From: a virus
Lineage: Duplodnaviria > Heunggongvirae > Uroviricota > Caudoviricetes
Length of the DNA stretch: 39,712 nt
IMG/VR virus record: IMGVR_UViG_2778261706_000022
Direction: 5' to 3' (one strand)
Shown here: piece by piece, positions 8,160 to 18,498 of the stretch
Layout: each line of letters begins with the position of its first letter
Position numbering within the stretch: position 1 is the first letter of the stretch
The notes under the pieces: model-generated
Seen by the model: the letters and a program-made list of their open reading frames with translations, nothing else
What the model was told of the DNA's origin: nothing
Databases searched by the model: none
Made by a program: the position numbers and the translations under genes

Positions 8160-9235
8160 GTGATTTCCCCCACGGTCAGCAACTCTGTATCTCCGGCCAT
8201 CACGGACTTCAGCGGGCTGCGAACTTCAAAATCCTCCAGTCCTTTCACCCCTGCAACAGCCCGCCAGAATGATGAAGGCAATACAAGTCCACCCGGCCGC
8301 GATTCGTTATAAAGCAGGTCTGTTAATGCCTGTTTTACGGCAGCCTGATTTTCCGGCGTTTTGGGTACAATCCTGATCTCAAACGCCACCGGCTTATTGG
8401 TCAGCTTAAACACGCTGATTGTCGGCCCAAGTGGCTGACCAACGGGCTGGCCCGTCGCCGGATCATCATGACTGCGGATATAATCCGCCACCCGCTTCAC
8501 ATCACCTTCTCCGGGGAAAATGTCAGGGTTATTATCCTGAACAAAAGTCACACCAACACTACCCGCCTCAGGCCATTCAGGCTTACACCATGCCCGCGTC
8601 ACGCCCGGTACTTCCCGTGCCCAGCGTTCAAAATCATACTGTGTTCCCCCTGATGGCGGGTTCTGTACCCGGAATACCAGCCTGGACAGCAACTCCGGCA
8701 CCGTTTCCACATCCGCACCACCGGTGAGTCCCGTGCCGGTGACCGTGGCTGTCTGGTTGATGCCCGCCTGTGGCGTGATAAAGGACAGGCGGGTTCCGGT
8801 CGGGGTATTTCCAGCGCGCCCCGCACTTTCCGCCTCCACATTAACATTCAGTGTTCCGGCTTTTCCGGTCGCAGAGCCGGTGATGCGGTACACAACCCCA
8901 TCGCTTCGCTGAAGGAGTACGCCTTCCGTGATCCCTGCATCCGTGGTCAGCATCAGTTGTACCGGTCCGTCAGCGCGGGAAGCCGGTTTACGGATGACAC
9001 CCCAGAATGCGCAGTGTTTCAGGAGTTCGGCTTCATCAGCTTCTGTCGGAATTATCTGCCGGGAGATCCAGGCCAGATGTTCATGCTCCTGTGCTGACAG
9101 ACCCGCCAGTGCATACGCAATGGCATTCAGGGTGGTTTCATTCACGCCCGGCTGCGAACCGGGCAGGCGCTGGCTGATATCCTGTTGTGTCTGTGTGATC
9201 AGTTGCGCCAGTGGTAAGGGCTGATAAGGCATCAT
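8150..9235 (-). CDS. Baseplate J-like protein (Mu gp47 position)
   Basis: 361-aa ORF in the baseplate block, overlapping neighbours by 4-10 nt. Confidence 0.65.
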   Translation of the reverse strand: MMPYQPLPLAQLITQTQQDISQRLPGSQPGVNETTLNAIAYALAGLSAQEHEHLAWISRQIIPTEADEAELLKHCAFWGVIRKPASRADGPVQLMLTTDAGITEGVLLQRSDGVVYRITGSATGKAGTLNVNVEAESAGRAGNTPTGTRLSFITPQAGINQTATVTGTGLTGGADVETVPELLSRLVFRVQNPPSGGTQYDFERWAREVPGVTRAWCKPEWPEAGSVGVTFVQDNNPDIFPGEGDVKRVADYIRSHDDPATGQPVGQPLGPTISVFKLTNKPVAFEIRIVPKTPENQAAVKQALTDLLYNESRPGGLVLPSSFWRAVAGVKGLEDFEVRSPLKSVMAGDTELLTVGEITWL

Positions 9236-9669
9236 TCCCCCTTCATATCAGCATAAAAAATCATCGGATGTCTGCTTCCGTCCGGCAGGGTGATTTTCAC
9301 GGAAAGCGAAAGGCGAGCATGCCCCACACGCATGGCATGACATACCACGGATGTGGCAGCACCGCTTTTATGCAGCCACGCCAGCGCTTCATCAGCATAG
9401 GCCTGTGCACGGCTGACCACGGAGGACAGCGTCTTTTCACGGCTTAACAGCCAGAGACGGGAGCCAACGGGGCGCTCCCGGAAACTGTCTCCCCACCATC
9501 CCCGACGGTCACGGGTGCCGTCAGGGATTTCATCGGAATCCAGCGCCCGCCTGTCCGTAAACAGTGAAATAATGACCGCAGTCAGCAGGCTGTTATCCGT
9601 CAGAAGATCTGCGCCGTTCAGTTGCAGGGAACCGCAACCCTGATCCCAGACGACAGCAATATCAGCCAT
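9232..9669 (-). CDS. Baseplate protein (Mu gp46 position)
   Basis: Internal ATG at 9669 (MADIAVVW...) gives an ATGA overlap with the upstream spike gene; the longer ORF to 9882 would overlap it by 220 nt. Confidence 0.55.
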   Translation of the reverse strand: MADIAVVWDQGCGSLQLNGADLLTDNSLLTAVIISLFTDRRALDSDEIPDGTRDRRGWWGDSFRERPVGSRLWLLSREKTLSSVVSRAQAYADEALAWLHKSGAATSVVCHAMRVGHARLSLSVKITLPDGSRHPMIFYADMKGE

Positions 9670-10276
9670 TCTCTGGTCCTCCCGTTTTGCTGCCTTCACC
9701 GTTATCGTGATGCACATGACCTGAATAGGTGATCCCGGCAATAACCGCTTCGGACATCGTGAACGTCCCCTGTGATCTTCCGGTGCCGTCAATGGACACA
9801 TTGCCTTTGACATGCAGGTTCTTATCCACTGTGACATTACCGGTAAAGTGAGCCTCCGGTGTATCCACCTGAACACCTTCATCGGCGTAAATCTCCAGCG
9901 TCTTACAGGTCACAATGATCCGGCCGTTCTTTGTCAGACGTATACGGTGCCCCTCATGGTGATACACGCCGGTATCTCCGGCGGTAAGTCCGGTCGGGCG
10001 ACTGCGGCGGTCTTCCACCACAAGCACCACGGCCTGATCCCGTTGTCCGCCAGCACAGGCCAGAAAAACTTCCGCACCAGGCAGGGGGACGCTGATTTGC
10101 CCGTACTGCTGGGGGCGTTCAACGTCATCAAAGGTTTCACCATCCATACCGGTGATTTGCACATTCTGGATTTTCAGCGTGTCCGTTGTGCCGGTCAGTA
10201 CACCACGCCCGAACAGCAGACGAACACCCCGCATCACGGGGGCCAGAAGGCGGCTGATGACTTCGTCATTCATCAT
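9662..10276 (-). CDS. Baseplate assembly/spike protein V-like (Mu gp45 position)
   Basis: 204-aa ORF at the expected position and size. Confidence 0.6.
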   Translation of the reverse strand: MMNDEVISRLLAPVMRGVRLLFGRGVLTGTTDTLKIQNVQITGMDGETFDDVERPQQYGQISVPLPGAEVFLACAGGQRDQAVVLVVEDRRSRPTGLTAGDTGVYHHEGHRIRLTKNGRIIVTCKTLEIYADEGVQVDTPEAHFTGNVTVDKNLHVKGNVSIDGTGRSQGTFTMSEAVIAGITYSGHVHHDNGEGSKTGGPENG

Positions 10277-11390
10277 TGAATTTAATCCCCTGTTTTTTCA
10301 TCTGTGCCCGCACGAAGGCGTCCACGTCACCCGCATTTCCGCTTCCGCTGTTTCCCGGCTCTGCCGGAACAATAAAGCCGTCACGGGGTGCCAGAATCAG
10401 ACGGGTGGTTTCGCCGTGATTTGCATCCAGCGAAAACTCCACCTGACAGACAAGAAGATCACGCTCTTCCACTCCGGTGCGGGGAGCCGTGACAGCCGTC
10501 AGCAGGTTGATATCCCACAACTGGCCGTTCTCCCGAAACCAGTGCCGCACGGTGGCTGTCAGGCGCACAGAGCGGGCAACCGCCCGGCGCATTTCCCGGA
10601 CAGCCCTCTGGCGTGCACCGTCTGCATCAACAGCATGATCCGCCAGCACAATTTTCGGTCTGTAACGGTGGATGGCACTGTCTGTCACCGTACCAACGGG
10701 TGCGGCCAGCGTTCCGGCTGTCAGTGCATCCCCGGCATGACCACCACCACGCCCGTGCCCCCGTACACGGTATTCACTGTGGCGCAGACGGTGATCCACG
10801 TTGTGATCCAAATCCAGCAGATTTTCGCCCAGCGTCAGCGTGTCGCCACGCTGACTGCCGGCCTGAGTGAAAACCAGTTCACCGGCGGCATTACTGGTTA
10901 CCAGGACGCCTCTGTGTCTCGCGGCCCGTGTCAGCGCATCTGCCACGGTTTCTGAGTTTTCCAGTGTGAAGGTGGAAAAGGGCCGGGCTGCCGTTGCATC
11001 ATTTACCTGCCAGCGCACCGTGACCCCGAACGGAGCACACAAATCTGAAGCAATGTGCTCCAGCGTGCGGTTCCTCCACTGGCTGCCCGGATGAATGGCT
11101 GAACAGTCCACCAGGTCACCGGTTTTATCCCGTCCGCTGAGCGTGATCTGAAAACGCGTGGCGCTGATGCGCTGCCGGACCTGATCCAGCCAGCCAGTGA
11201 TCACAGGCTGACCGTCAATGCGCAATTCCAGAGACTGACCGGCACGGACGGATGACGGAAGGCGTACACCGGGCATCATTACCCCCAGTTCAAAGGAGCC
11301 CGCCAGATGTTCAAGAGAGCGACGAACACTCACCGTCAGCCAGCCGGAAAAAATCTCACCGCCCAGATACAGTTCAACCCTGCTGCTCAC
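10266..11390 (-). CDS. Baseplate hub / tail protein (Mu gp44 position)
   Basis: 374-aa ORF between the DNA-circulation-like and spike genes. Confidence 0.6.
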   Translation of the reverse strand: MSSRVELYLGGEIFSGWLTVSVRRSLEHLAGSFELGVMMPGVRLPSSVRAGQSLELRIDGQPVITGWLDQVRQRISATRFQITLSGRDKTGDLVDCSAIHPGSQWRNRTLEHIASDLCAPFGVTVRWQVNDATAARPFSTFTLENSETVADALTRAARHRGVLVTSNAAGELVFTQAGSQRGDTLTLGENLLDLDHNVDHRLRHSEYRVRGHGRGGGHAGDALTAGTLAAPVGTVTDSAIHRYRPKIVLADHAVDADGARQRAVREMRRAVARSVRLTATVRHWFRENGQLWDINLLTAVTAPRTGVEERDLLVCQVEFSLDANHGETTRLILAPRDGFIVPAEPGNSGSGNAGDVDAFVRAQMKKQGIKFNDE

Positions 11391-12723
11391 TAATCACCTC
11401 CACTGAATGGCCTCCGGGAATGAACAGCGGATCAACAATACCGTTACGGCGCACAAAACGTTGCCAGCCGGTACTGTTCCCGGTGGCACGGTACAGGGTC
11501 ACCAGTGCAGGCTCGGTGGTACGTACAGTCACTACTGTTGCACCGGGTAGCTGAACTCCCCGTGTATTCAGATCCTCTGTCAGTGCCAGTCTGGCATCAC
11601 GAAGCGTCAGCGCCGTGGCGGTATACCCCTGCCCGGACAGTGTCATCACCTGCCGTTCGAGCGCTTCGCTTAAGTCACGGTTAATGCGCTGAAGATCAAC
11701 TGAACTTTCCAGCCAGACAGGCCAGGTACGGTGGGCTGCGTCACTGTCCGGCAGGGTTTCCTGACTGAGAACCTGATCCAGCAGTTTTCCCACGGTCTGT
11801 GCCTGGGCCACCACGGCAGCACTCTGCATTACCGCCCGTATCAGACGAATATTCTTTTGTGCTGCCGGTGTCAGACCGATGAGAGTCTGCGGATTATCCT
11901 GCTCATCCAGCACGTAACGCAGGGAAGATAATGTCCTGTACAGTTGCGGCATTCCCTGAGAGAAGGCGGATGTCGTCCGGCCGATACTGCCACCGGGCCG
12001 GGTATTCAGGCCTCCTGAAGACAGTGACGGCAGCGATGGCAGGGTGATCAGGGCACTGAAAAGCCCCGCAAAAGATGAGGCCATGCGGGAAGGTGCTGTC
12101 AGTAATGCCGTGGCATTCCCTTTCAGCGCCGTGAACGTGGCAGTAAAGGCACTGATATCCTGTACAATCCCCATGCCGGAAACGGCATTTTCCAGGGCGG
12201 ACACCTTATCGCTGATGGTTTCGGTCATTGCCTGGACATCGTGCATTCCGTCAGAAATCACCGTCCAGCCCGCTTCCAGGGTTTCAAAAACCTTCCCGAG
12301 CGCGGTGGTACTCTTCTGCTCCAGAATGGCGGCCGTGTCCTGTGTGACAGCAGGTGCGGTATCATCACTTACCGGCGTGACATTAATGGTGAACTCAACC
12401 ACGCCCTGTTCAGCAGCGTTATAACGACTTTCAAAGCTGTTTATCAGCACATTTAACGTGCCGTAATCCGGGTGAAGCAGCTCCCCGGCACCGGGAGCAC
12501 GAAGGGCATCACGCAGACGATTTCGCTGTGTCTGAACATCATCCCCCATCACAAGTACACTGAACGTAAATTCAGCCAGTTTAGGTCCCAGATCGTCTGC
12601 ACCACCGGTTTCCCGTAACGGATATTCCCGACGGACAATGTTTCGCCCGCCACGTTCGCGCTGCTCACGCCAGACGAGGAACGGCACACCACGGAACGCA
12701 CCACGACCGTCACCAGAGGCCAT
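11374..12723 (-). CDS. DNA circulation protein-like tail protein (Mu gp43 position)
   Basis: N-terminal AFRGVPFLV motif. ATG at 12723 has a GGAGGG Shine-Dalgarno; the ATG at 12744 is weaker. Confidence 0.6.
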   Translation of the reverse strand: MASGDGRGAFRGVPFLVWREQRERGGRNIVRREYPLRETGGADDLGPKLAEFTFSVLVMGDDVQTQRNRLRDALRAPGAGELLHPDYGTLNVLINSFESRYNAAEQGVVEFTINVTPVSDDTAPAVTQDTAAILEQKSTTALGKVFETLEAGWTVISDGMHDVQAMTETISDKVSALENAVSGMGIVQDISAFTATFTALKGNATALLTAPSRMASSFAGLFSALITLPSLPSLSSGGLNTRPGGSIGRTTSAFSQGMPQLYRTLSSLRYVLDEQDNPQTLIGLTPAAQKNIRLIRAVMQSAAVVAQAQTVGKLLDQVLSQETLPDSDAAHRTWPVWLESSVDLQRINRDLSEALERQVMTLSGQGYTATALTLRDARLALTEDLNTRGVQLPGATVVTVRTTEPALVTLYRATGNSTGWQRFVRRNGIVDPLFIPGGHSVEVISEQQG

Positions 12724-14785
12724 AATTCCCTCCGTTCCAGACATTCACATCCAGTCCGTGACCGGACGTGTCATCAATATCAATACTGCGAGCCTGCCAC
12801 CCTTCCGGGGCAACCAGCTCCACACGGGCAGAGGCTTTTTGTACCGCCTGTCCACTGCTTTCATCATCACTGCCCCGTAATTTCTGCCAGGCTTCAGTCA
12901 GCCATCCCCCCAGATAGTTACCGAGATAGCTGCCCACCGTAGAACCAATGGCAATCCCCACAGGTCCGGCTGCCGCCCCCAGCGCACCACCGGCAATACT
13001 GCCTGCAAGAGAGCCGACCGCTTCTCCCTTGTCTGTGGCACTGGCGCTGCCATCCAGCAGAACCGGGGCTGCCATCGCGCCAGCCCACAGGGCACCTCCA
13101 CCCAGCCGGCCGGCCAGTCCACCGGCACTGCGGAAAAAGCCGGAGAAACGCCCCAGCCCCATGCGGCTACCGACAGACGAAAGTAACCCACCGGCGCGCC
13201 CCATCATGCGCCCCCAGAACCCTGCCCCACCAGAAGAGGGAGACGGTGGCACTGGGGACGGTGGCAGGGGAGGCGTGACCGGTCTTCCGCGCCCCGGTCC
13301 GCGTTTCCTGCGGCCCCGCCCCTGACGTCCGCCTGAGGATGTATCGGTCGCGCCGGTGCCGGACAGTCCTCCTGTGGGCCAGTTTGTTACAAGTACTGGC
13401 TGAACGGCTGCCGGATTTACCCCGGTAAGAAAGTTTATAAAACGTTGCCCTCGTCCCTGAGATGTGCCTGGTGGTGTTCCGGCCGGAGGAGAGCGCCGGA
13501 AAGGTGAGGTCAGGAAGGCCGCCGCTGATAATCCGTATCCCAGCAATGCAGCACCCGGACGTATAATCCCCGTTCCGACAGCCCGCGCCATTTTCAGGGC
13601 ACGGGTGGCGAGATACATGTACAGCAGGTATTTCGCGGCGGTCTGTGCCCCCTGACCAATGCGATCCAGCGCATCACCATAGCCCGCATCCCGCAGAGCC
13701 TGAAGCGTGTCGCGTACCTTTCTGATCGCCTGATAAAACCCAGTCACTGCATCACGGGCATACTCAAAGCCCTGGTTCATGGCTGATGCCGTGCTTTCCG
13801 CCAGGGAATGGTAACTGCCATCAGATTTGGCACTGTCAACCCATGAAAGAAATCCCCTGAGATTACCCTTCAGTTTTTCAAATGGCCCACTGTCCATCAC
13901 ATCCCGGGCAAACTGGTCCCAGACGTCACCCATCATGGCCGTCAGGCCACTCCAGGAATTCATTGCGTCCTTTTGTGCTCCCCTGGCCTGTTCCGCCAGC
14001 GTCTGAAATAACAGGCGAATACTGTCCGGCCCAAGCAGCCCTTTTTCACCAAGTTTTCTGACCACTTTCTGGTCCACACCCAGACGATCAGCCAGCACGC
14101 GGTAGGCATTAATGCCGTAGGTGGCAAGAATATTTGCATCCGCCGCCTGAATACTGCCTCTTGCATACATCTGTTTCAGTTGCAGGGATGCCCCCTGTGC
14201 ATCGGACAGTGACCAGCCGCCCACGGCACCCTGATCCTGAAGCATGGTGACAAAATTTCGGGCCTCCCTGTCACTCATACCAAAGCCCAGACTGGACGTA
14301 TATTCCTGCATGACGCCAGCCAGCCCCCAGGTGGTTTCCTTCGCATTCTGTATTGCCCACCTGCGGACATCATCAGTTTTCGCCCGATCCCCTTTGTAAA
14401 GGGAGTTCAGGCGAATCATATAGGTTTCCATCTCCGCTGCCGGGCGAATAAATCCCCGGTTAAAGCCATATACAGCAGCACCACCGGCCAGCATTCCGTA
14501 AAGATTGCTGATCCGCCCGATGGTGCCGGTAATACTGCCCTGAAGACGGTCAAAATCAGAAGTGACATGGCGGATACTGCCCCGCACCCCGGCCAGCGTG
14601 CGCTGCATCCTGCTTCCGAGTACATCTGTTTCCTGCCCGGCACGGCGGGCAGCATTTCCCAGGCCACCCAGCCCCGCCTGGCCGGAGCGTGAGAATGCCC
14701 CCAGCTCCTGTGACCACTGGCGGGATTTGGCTGAGATATTGCCGAGCAAATCAACTATCAGAGATGCTCTGAGATTTCGGGCCAT
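12710..14785 (-). CDS. Tail tape measure protein
   Basis: 691-aa ORF with Gly/Ala-rich hydrophobic segments and a Pro-rich tract, immediately downstream of the tube/chaperone genes. Confidence 0.75.
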   Translation of the reverse strand: MARNLRASLIVDLLGNISAKSRQWSQELGAFSRSGQAGLGGLGNAARRAGQETDVLGSRMQRTLAGVRGSIRHVTSDFDRLQGSITGTIGRISNLYGMLAGGAAVYGFNRGFIRPAAEMETYMIRLNSLYKGDRAKTDDVRRWAIQNAKETTWGLAGVMQEYTSSLGFGMSDREARNFVTMLQDQGAVGGWSLSDAQGASLQLKQMYARGSIQAADANILATYGINAYRVLADRLGVDQKVVRKLGEKGLLGPDSIRLLFQTLAEQARGAQKDAMNSWSGLTAMMGDVWDQFARDVMDSGPFEKLKGNLRGFLSWVDSAKSDGSYHSLAESTASAMNQGFEYARDAVTGFYQAIRKVRDTLQALRDAGYGDALDRIGQGAQTAAKYLLYMYLATRALKMARAVGTGIIRPGAALLGYGLSAAAFLTSPFRRSPPAGTPPGTSQGRGQRFINFLTGVNPAAVQPVLVTNWPTGGLSGTGATDTSSGGRQGRGRRKRGPGRGRPVTPPLPPSPVPPSPSSGGAGFWGRMMGRAGGLLSSVGSRMGLGRFSGFFRSAGGLAGRLGGGALWAGAMAAPVLLDGSASATDKGEAVGSLAGSIAGGALGAAAGPVGIAIGSTVGSYLGNYLGGWLTEAWQKLRGSDDESSGQAVQKASARVELVAPEGWQARSIDIDDTSGHGLDVNVWNGGNYGLW

Positions 14786-14911
14786 ACTTACTGCTTCGTT
14801 CTGATGATTTTTTCTGTCTGTCGGCAGTGCCGGTAAAGTTGCGACAGGGGGAGGTTAAGCGCCCATTCCGGACCGCTTTTTGTCACCATCCCCAGGATAA
14901 TTGCCGCTTCT

Positions 14912-15406
14912 TCAATCTGATCCCGACACTGCGCCTGATCGCCCCCGGTCAGCTGCCAGCTTTCCGGCAAGCGCGGTATCCAGCAGGCTGACCGCTGCCA
15001 TCAGGCGGGAGAGATCGCGCTCGCTTAACTGTCCAATCTGACGGGGTGACAACGGACCTTCAATGTCTCCCACTGCGGCAATCTGACGGCGCAGCAGTGC
15101 AACACCGCGTAACGACGGAGACGCTATCAGCATCGGGCCATTGTTTGTCTCCACCACGCGCTCGGCTTCTGCTTCTGCGTCAATACTGTCTTTCGCTGTC
15201 AGTTCCCGGAACGTGACACGATATTCACGGGTCTCACCAAACGGCAGACCATCAAGCAGATCCACATATCCCTTTGCCAGTTGCTCTGTCAGCCCGGCAG
15301 TGCGTGGATCAGCCCCCTCAAGTGCTTCCCGGATTGCCTCCATCACGGCTGCCTCGGAAACTGCCGTTTTTTTCTTACGTGTGGTCATTTTATTTTTCCT
15401 GATCAC
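14912..15406 (-). CDS. Tail assembly chaperone-like protein (Mu gp41 position)
   Basis: 164-aa ORF between the tube and tape-measure genes. The next frame is open from 14970 to 14788, so a frameshift extension is possible. Confidence 0.5.
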   Translation of the reverse strand: MIRKNKMTTRKKKTAVSEAAVMEAIREALEGADPRTAGLTEQLAKGYVDLLDGLPFGETREYRVTFRELTAKDSIDAEAEAERVVETNNGPMLIASPSLRGVALLRRQIAAVGDIEGPLSPRQIGQLSERDLSRLMAAVSLLDTALAGKLAADRGRSGAVSGSD

Positions 15407-15768
15407 TGAACACGGGTACTGGAGGCGCTGGCGAACTTCACGGAGATCTCCCCGCCACCGTCAAGCGAGGCCGGTTCACTGCTCCAGGCCTTCGTCATCA
15501 TGTGGACTTCGCCGGTATCCGCCACAAACTCGATAGTGACCGCAGTCCAGTTGTTGATTTCATCGGCGGCTGGTGAACCTTCTCCGCCTGCCGGAAATTT
15601 GCAGTCCAGCGTCGCTTCACGTGGTTTCTGGCGGTAACCATAGACTTTCGCGCCTTTCACCACTTCACGTTCAAAACCAGACGGAGAAAATGTAGCCCCC
15701 TCAAGCGTCTCGTATTCCTGACCGTTCACACGGATAGTGGCCGTACCCTGATACTGTTTTCCGCTCAT
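15403..15768 (-). CDS. Tail tube protein
   Basis: 121-aa ORF directly downstream of the sheath gene. Confidence 0.7.
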   Translation of the reverse strand: MSGKQYQGTATIRVNGQEYETLEGATFSPSGFEREVVKGAKVYGYRQKPREATLDCKFPAGGEGSPAADEINNWTAVTIEFVADTGEVHMMTKAWSSEPASLDGGGEISVKFASASSTRVQ

Positions 15769-15776
15769 GCCTTACC

Positions 15777-17279
15777 TCACAAAATGAAACGGATCTGTGC
15801 TGCCAGGAAGCGGAACTGGTTAACCAGATCCGGCGTGCATAACACGTCAAGACGGTTTCGATCTGACGCATTACGCTCCACAAGCAGATTCTTTTTAAAG
15901 GTGTCCAGATTTTCGACCAGCCCGAGTTCCACCCACTCTTCACCCAGCGAAATTAACTGAAGCTTCATGATCTCCGGCGTCACGATATTCTGACCGGCAC
16001 GAACGGGCGTCCCGTCATCAGCCAGTTTATGGCGCGGAAAACGTTGTGTGATAAAAGTACGCAGGGAATAACGCAGCCAGGAGAGGGTGTAGATGGTTTC
16101 CACATCCAGATAGCTGGGATCACTTTCGCCGTACACGTTCTGGCGATACATGGTCACCTGACGTTCGATCTGAACCACATCACCGGCAGCCACACTGACC
16201 GTGGCAATCCCTCCCCACAGCAGACTGTTACGCTCTTCACGCGTCAGACGATCGGCCGGAGCCGGGGCCATGCGTGACGGAAGCGCCAGCGTCTGAAGCG
16301 GACGCGCAGGATCTGCTCCCAGAGAGGGTGCACAGGTGGCACAGACCGCCGCTGCCCAGAGGTAATCCGGTTCAGGGGCTTTGGGAATGGATGTGCAGGT
16401 CGCCAGAAAATCATTGCGTTTTGCCCCGAATGCCTGCACCTCACCAAACGTGCCGGTATGTGCCAGCCACAGCACGCCGTCAGACATTTTGGCCGGTCCC
16501 CAGCGTTTCAGAAGCTCATCACTGATGATTTTCAGGTTTGCATCATCCTTATAGGGCATGACGACATAGTTGTACTGGCGATCGCCCATACCCGCCACGC
16601 TTCGGGTGATATCCGGGTTAGCCGCTTTTTGTTTCGGATAGGCTATAGCGACCTGTATTCCTTCCGGGGTTGCTTCCCCGTCGTGATAGTTCAGGCGCAC
16701 ATCATGAACGGAGCATTCACCGGTAAAGCGGGCGGTGATCCCCAGAGACCCTTTCAGACCTGCGCCATTATCACCACTTCCTGCACCAGAGGAGGCCGTG
16801 AAGGGCGCGTCAGGATCGGCATTGATCAGCGCGGCCAGCTCGTCGGTCAGTTCTTTGCCTTTCTTACCTTTTGGTGCCGGGAGTGTATAACGCCGCCCCC
16901 CCACGCAGGCATAAACAATCCCGTCACGGGTGACCGTTCCGGTCAGATTCATGGCCGCAGCCGTTGCCTGTCCGGTGCCGTTCCCCTGAGCAATGGCATA
17001 CAGTTCAGCATCAGGATTGATGGCGATAAATTCCGCCACCATCAGGGCAATCATGGAGCCGCGCCCCCAGAGTTCTGTTGCCTGAGACGCACGGGTGATC
17101 CTGACCGGAACATCCAGAACACCGGCACCGTCCACGGCATTCTCTTTCATTCTCGCCTGACCAAACAGCAGCACACACTGACGCTGTGCCGGAGTGCCGG
17201 TGACAGCCATGGAGTTATTAAACTCAACCTCAATCAGCGGTATACGGCGGTCATTACCGATCCCGTCAAAATTAATCAT
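15777..17279 (-). CDS. Contractile tail sheath protein
   Basis: 500-aa ORF upstream of the tube gene; size and position match Mu L. Confidence 0.75.
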   Translation of the reverse strand: MINFDGIGNDRRIPLIEVEFNNSMAVTGTPAQRQCVLLFGQARMKENAVDGAGVLDVPVRITRASQATELWGRGSMIALMVAEFIAINPDAELYAIAQGNGTGQATAAAMNLTGTVTRDGIVYACVGGRRYTLPAPKGKKGKELTDELAALINADPDAPFTASSGAGSGDNGAGLKGSLGITARFTGECSVHDVRLNYHDGEATPEGIQVAIAYPKQKAANPDITRSVAGMGDRQYNYVVMPYKDDANLKIISDELLKRWGPAKMSDGVLWLAHTGTFGEVQAFGAKRNDFLATCTSIPKAPEPDYLWAAAVCATCAPSLGADPARPLQTLALPSRMAPAPADRLTREERNSLLWGGIATVSVAAGDVVQIERQVTMYRQNVYGESDPSYLDVETIYTLSWLRYSLRTFITQRFPRHKLADDGTPVRAGQNIVTPEIMKLQLISLGEEWVELGLVENLDTFKKNLLVERNASDRNRLDVLCTPDLVNQFRFLAAQIRFIL

Positions 17280-17521
17280 TGCGGTTTCTCCTTATCGGAT
17301 GCCGGTTGGGCGACCGGTTTTTCTGTCGCAGTCGTTGCATCCGCAGATACAGCCGGAGCCTCTTCAGCGGCTTTTTCAGCCTGAATGACATCGCCGTCAT
17401 CAAGACGCCGACACCAGAACGGCGTAAAGGGCTTTTCCTCCCCCTCCTGTGCCAGCGGGCGCATTGTGTCGGGATCACGAATCAGGCGTCCCGGCGCGGG
17501 TTTGATAAAGATGGTTTTCAT
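17276..17521 (-). CDS. Hypothetical head-tail module protein (Mu gp38 position)
   Basis: 81-aa ORF coupled to the sheath gene. Confidence 0.45.
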   Translation of the reverse strand: MKTIFIKPAPGRLIRDPDTMRPLAQEGEEKPFTPFWCRRLDDGDVIQAEKAAEEAPAVSADATTATEKPVAQPASDKEKPQ

Positions 17522-18082
17522 TTACAGTTCCTCCGGCGGTTCGACCGCCGTTGTCGTGTTCCCCGGCAAATCAATATGTGCCTCAAACGGCGGCGTACCG
17601 GGCGGCTCCACAAAGGTTTCGTAATGACGCAGGAAGTCGTCCAGCGAGCTGGTATCGGTCAGCGGTGCGATCATTTCCTCGCAGGAGAAATAAAGCGCAT
17701 ACATCACCGCACCACTGTCCGCCTGGGTTTCGGTGTAACCGTTGACCGCCTTTTCAAAGTAAAGCGGTGAGGTTTTTTCTGTTCTGAAGCCGTTAAGCAC
17801 GGCAATCAGCCGGGCCACAATCTGATACAGTCCGGGACGGCTGGCCTCACGCCCGTTGAGCATGTCGCCGATGACGTAGAACACCCAGTGACTGACCAGG
17901 CGACCACGGGTACGGCCTTCACCGGCACCCAGCCAGGCAACGTAGATCGCCGGGGCGTTAATCAGCATGGTGCGCAGTACGCTGTCGCTCCAGTCGCCGG
18001 GATGCGTGTCAACAGACACCAGTTCATTCCCGAAATACTCACGGATACGGGCGATGTATGCCTGTTCGGTTTCCGTAATCAT
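17522..18082 (-). CDS. Head-tail joining protein (Mu gp37 position)
   Basis: 186-aa ORF in the head-tail connector block. Confidence 0.5.
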   Translation of the reverse strand: MITETEQAYIARIREYFGNELVSVDTHPGDWSDSVLRTMLINAPAIYVAWLGAGEGRTRGRLVSHWVFYVIGDMLNGREASRPGLYQIVARLIAVLNGFRTEKTSPLYFEKAVNGYTETQADSGAVMYALYFSCEEMIAPLTDTSSLDDFLRHYETFVEPPGTPPFEAHIDLPGNTTTAVEPPEEL

Positions 18083-18498
18083 ATGAAGCCCTTCTGGTTG
18101 CGCCCGAATACCGCTGCATCAGACTGAACCTGTGGTAAATCCCCGGATTCAGGGGCCGCACCGTTCGTATCCACACCGACCGGCACATTGCCGTTCATGA
18201 CATCTTTCAGCCAGGCCAGCGCTTCACGGTAACGGTCACGCGCCTGATCGGAGGCTCGCTGATCGCACAGGTAATAAAAGGCAATCGCGCAACAGTGCTG
18301 AACAAGAACGGCCGGAATAACCTCCAGCGGCAACGTGTAACGGGCGGACAGATAGCTGTCGATAAGGGCTGACGCATCTGTCAGCGCCCGGTTCAGCTTG
18401 CGCGTGTCCGGCTCATCCGAACGGGGCACAGCCAGTAACGGCCTGAGCAAATCCTCGCGGTAACGCGCCCGCATATCGGTTTCAGTGGCGTAATTCAT
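18079..18498 (-). CDS. Head-tail connector protein (Mu gp36 position)
   Basis: 139-aa ORF coupled to the upstream gene (ATG overlaps its stop). Confidence 0.5.
   Translation of the reverse strand: MNYATETDMRARYREDLLRPLLAVPRSDEPDTRKLNRALTDASALIDSYLSARYTLPLEVIPAVLVQHCCAIAFYYLCDQRASDQARDRYREALAWLKDVMNGNVPVGVDTNGAAPESGDLPQVQSDAAVFGRNQKGFI

Noticed and set aside
9812-10955. Plus-strand ORFs of 155 and 267 aa across the baseplate genes
   Set aside because: They are antisense to translationally coupled minus-strand structural genes, are His/Arg/Cys/Pro-rich, and lack ribosome-binding sites.
12898-13325. Pro/Ala/Gly-rich ORFs on both strands inside the tape-measure gene
   Set aside because: Low-complexity frames created by the GC-rich Gly/Pro-coding stretch of the tape-measure gene.
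16458-17384. 308-aa plus-strand ORF opposite the tail sheath gene
   Set aside because: Long antisense frame in a high-GC gene; the sheath ORF on the minus strand is syntenic and coupled to neighbours.
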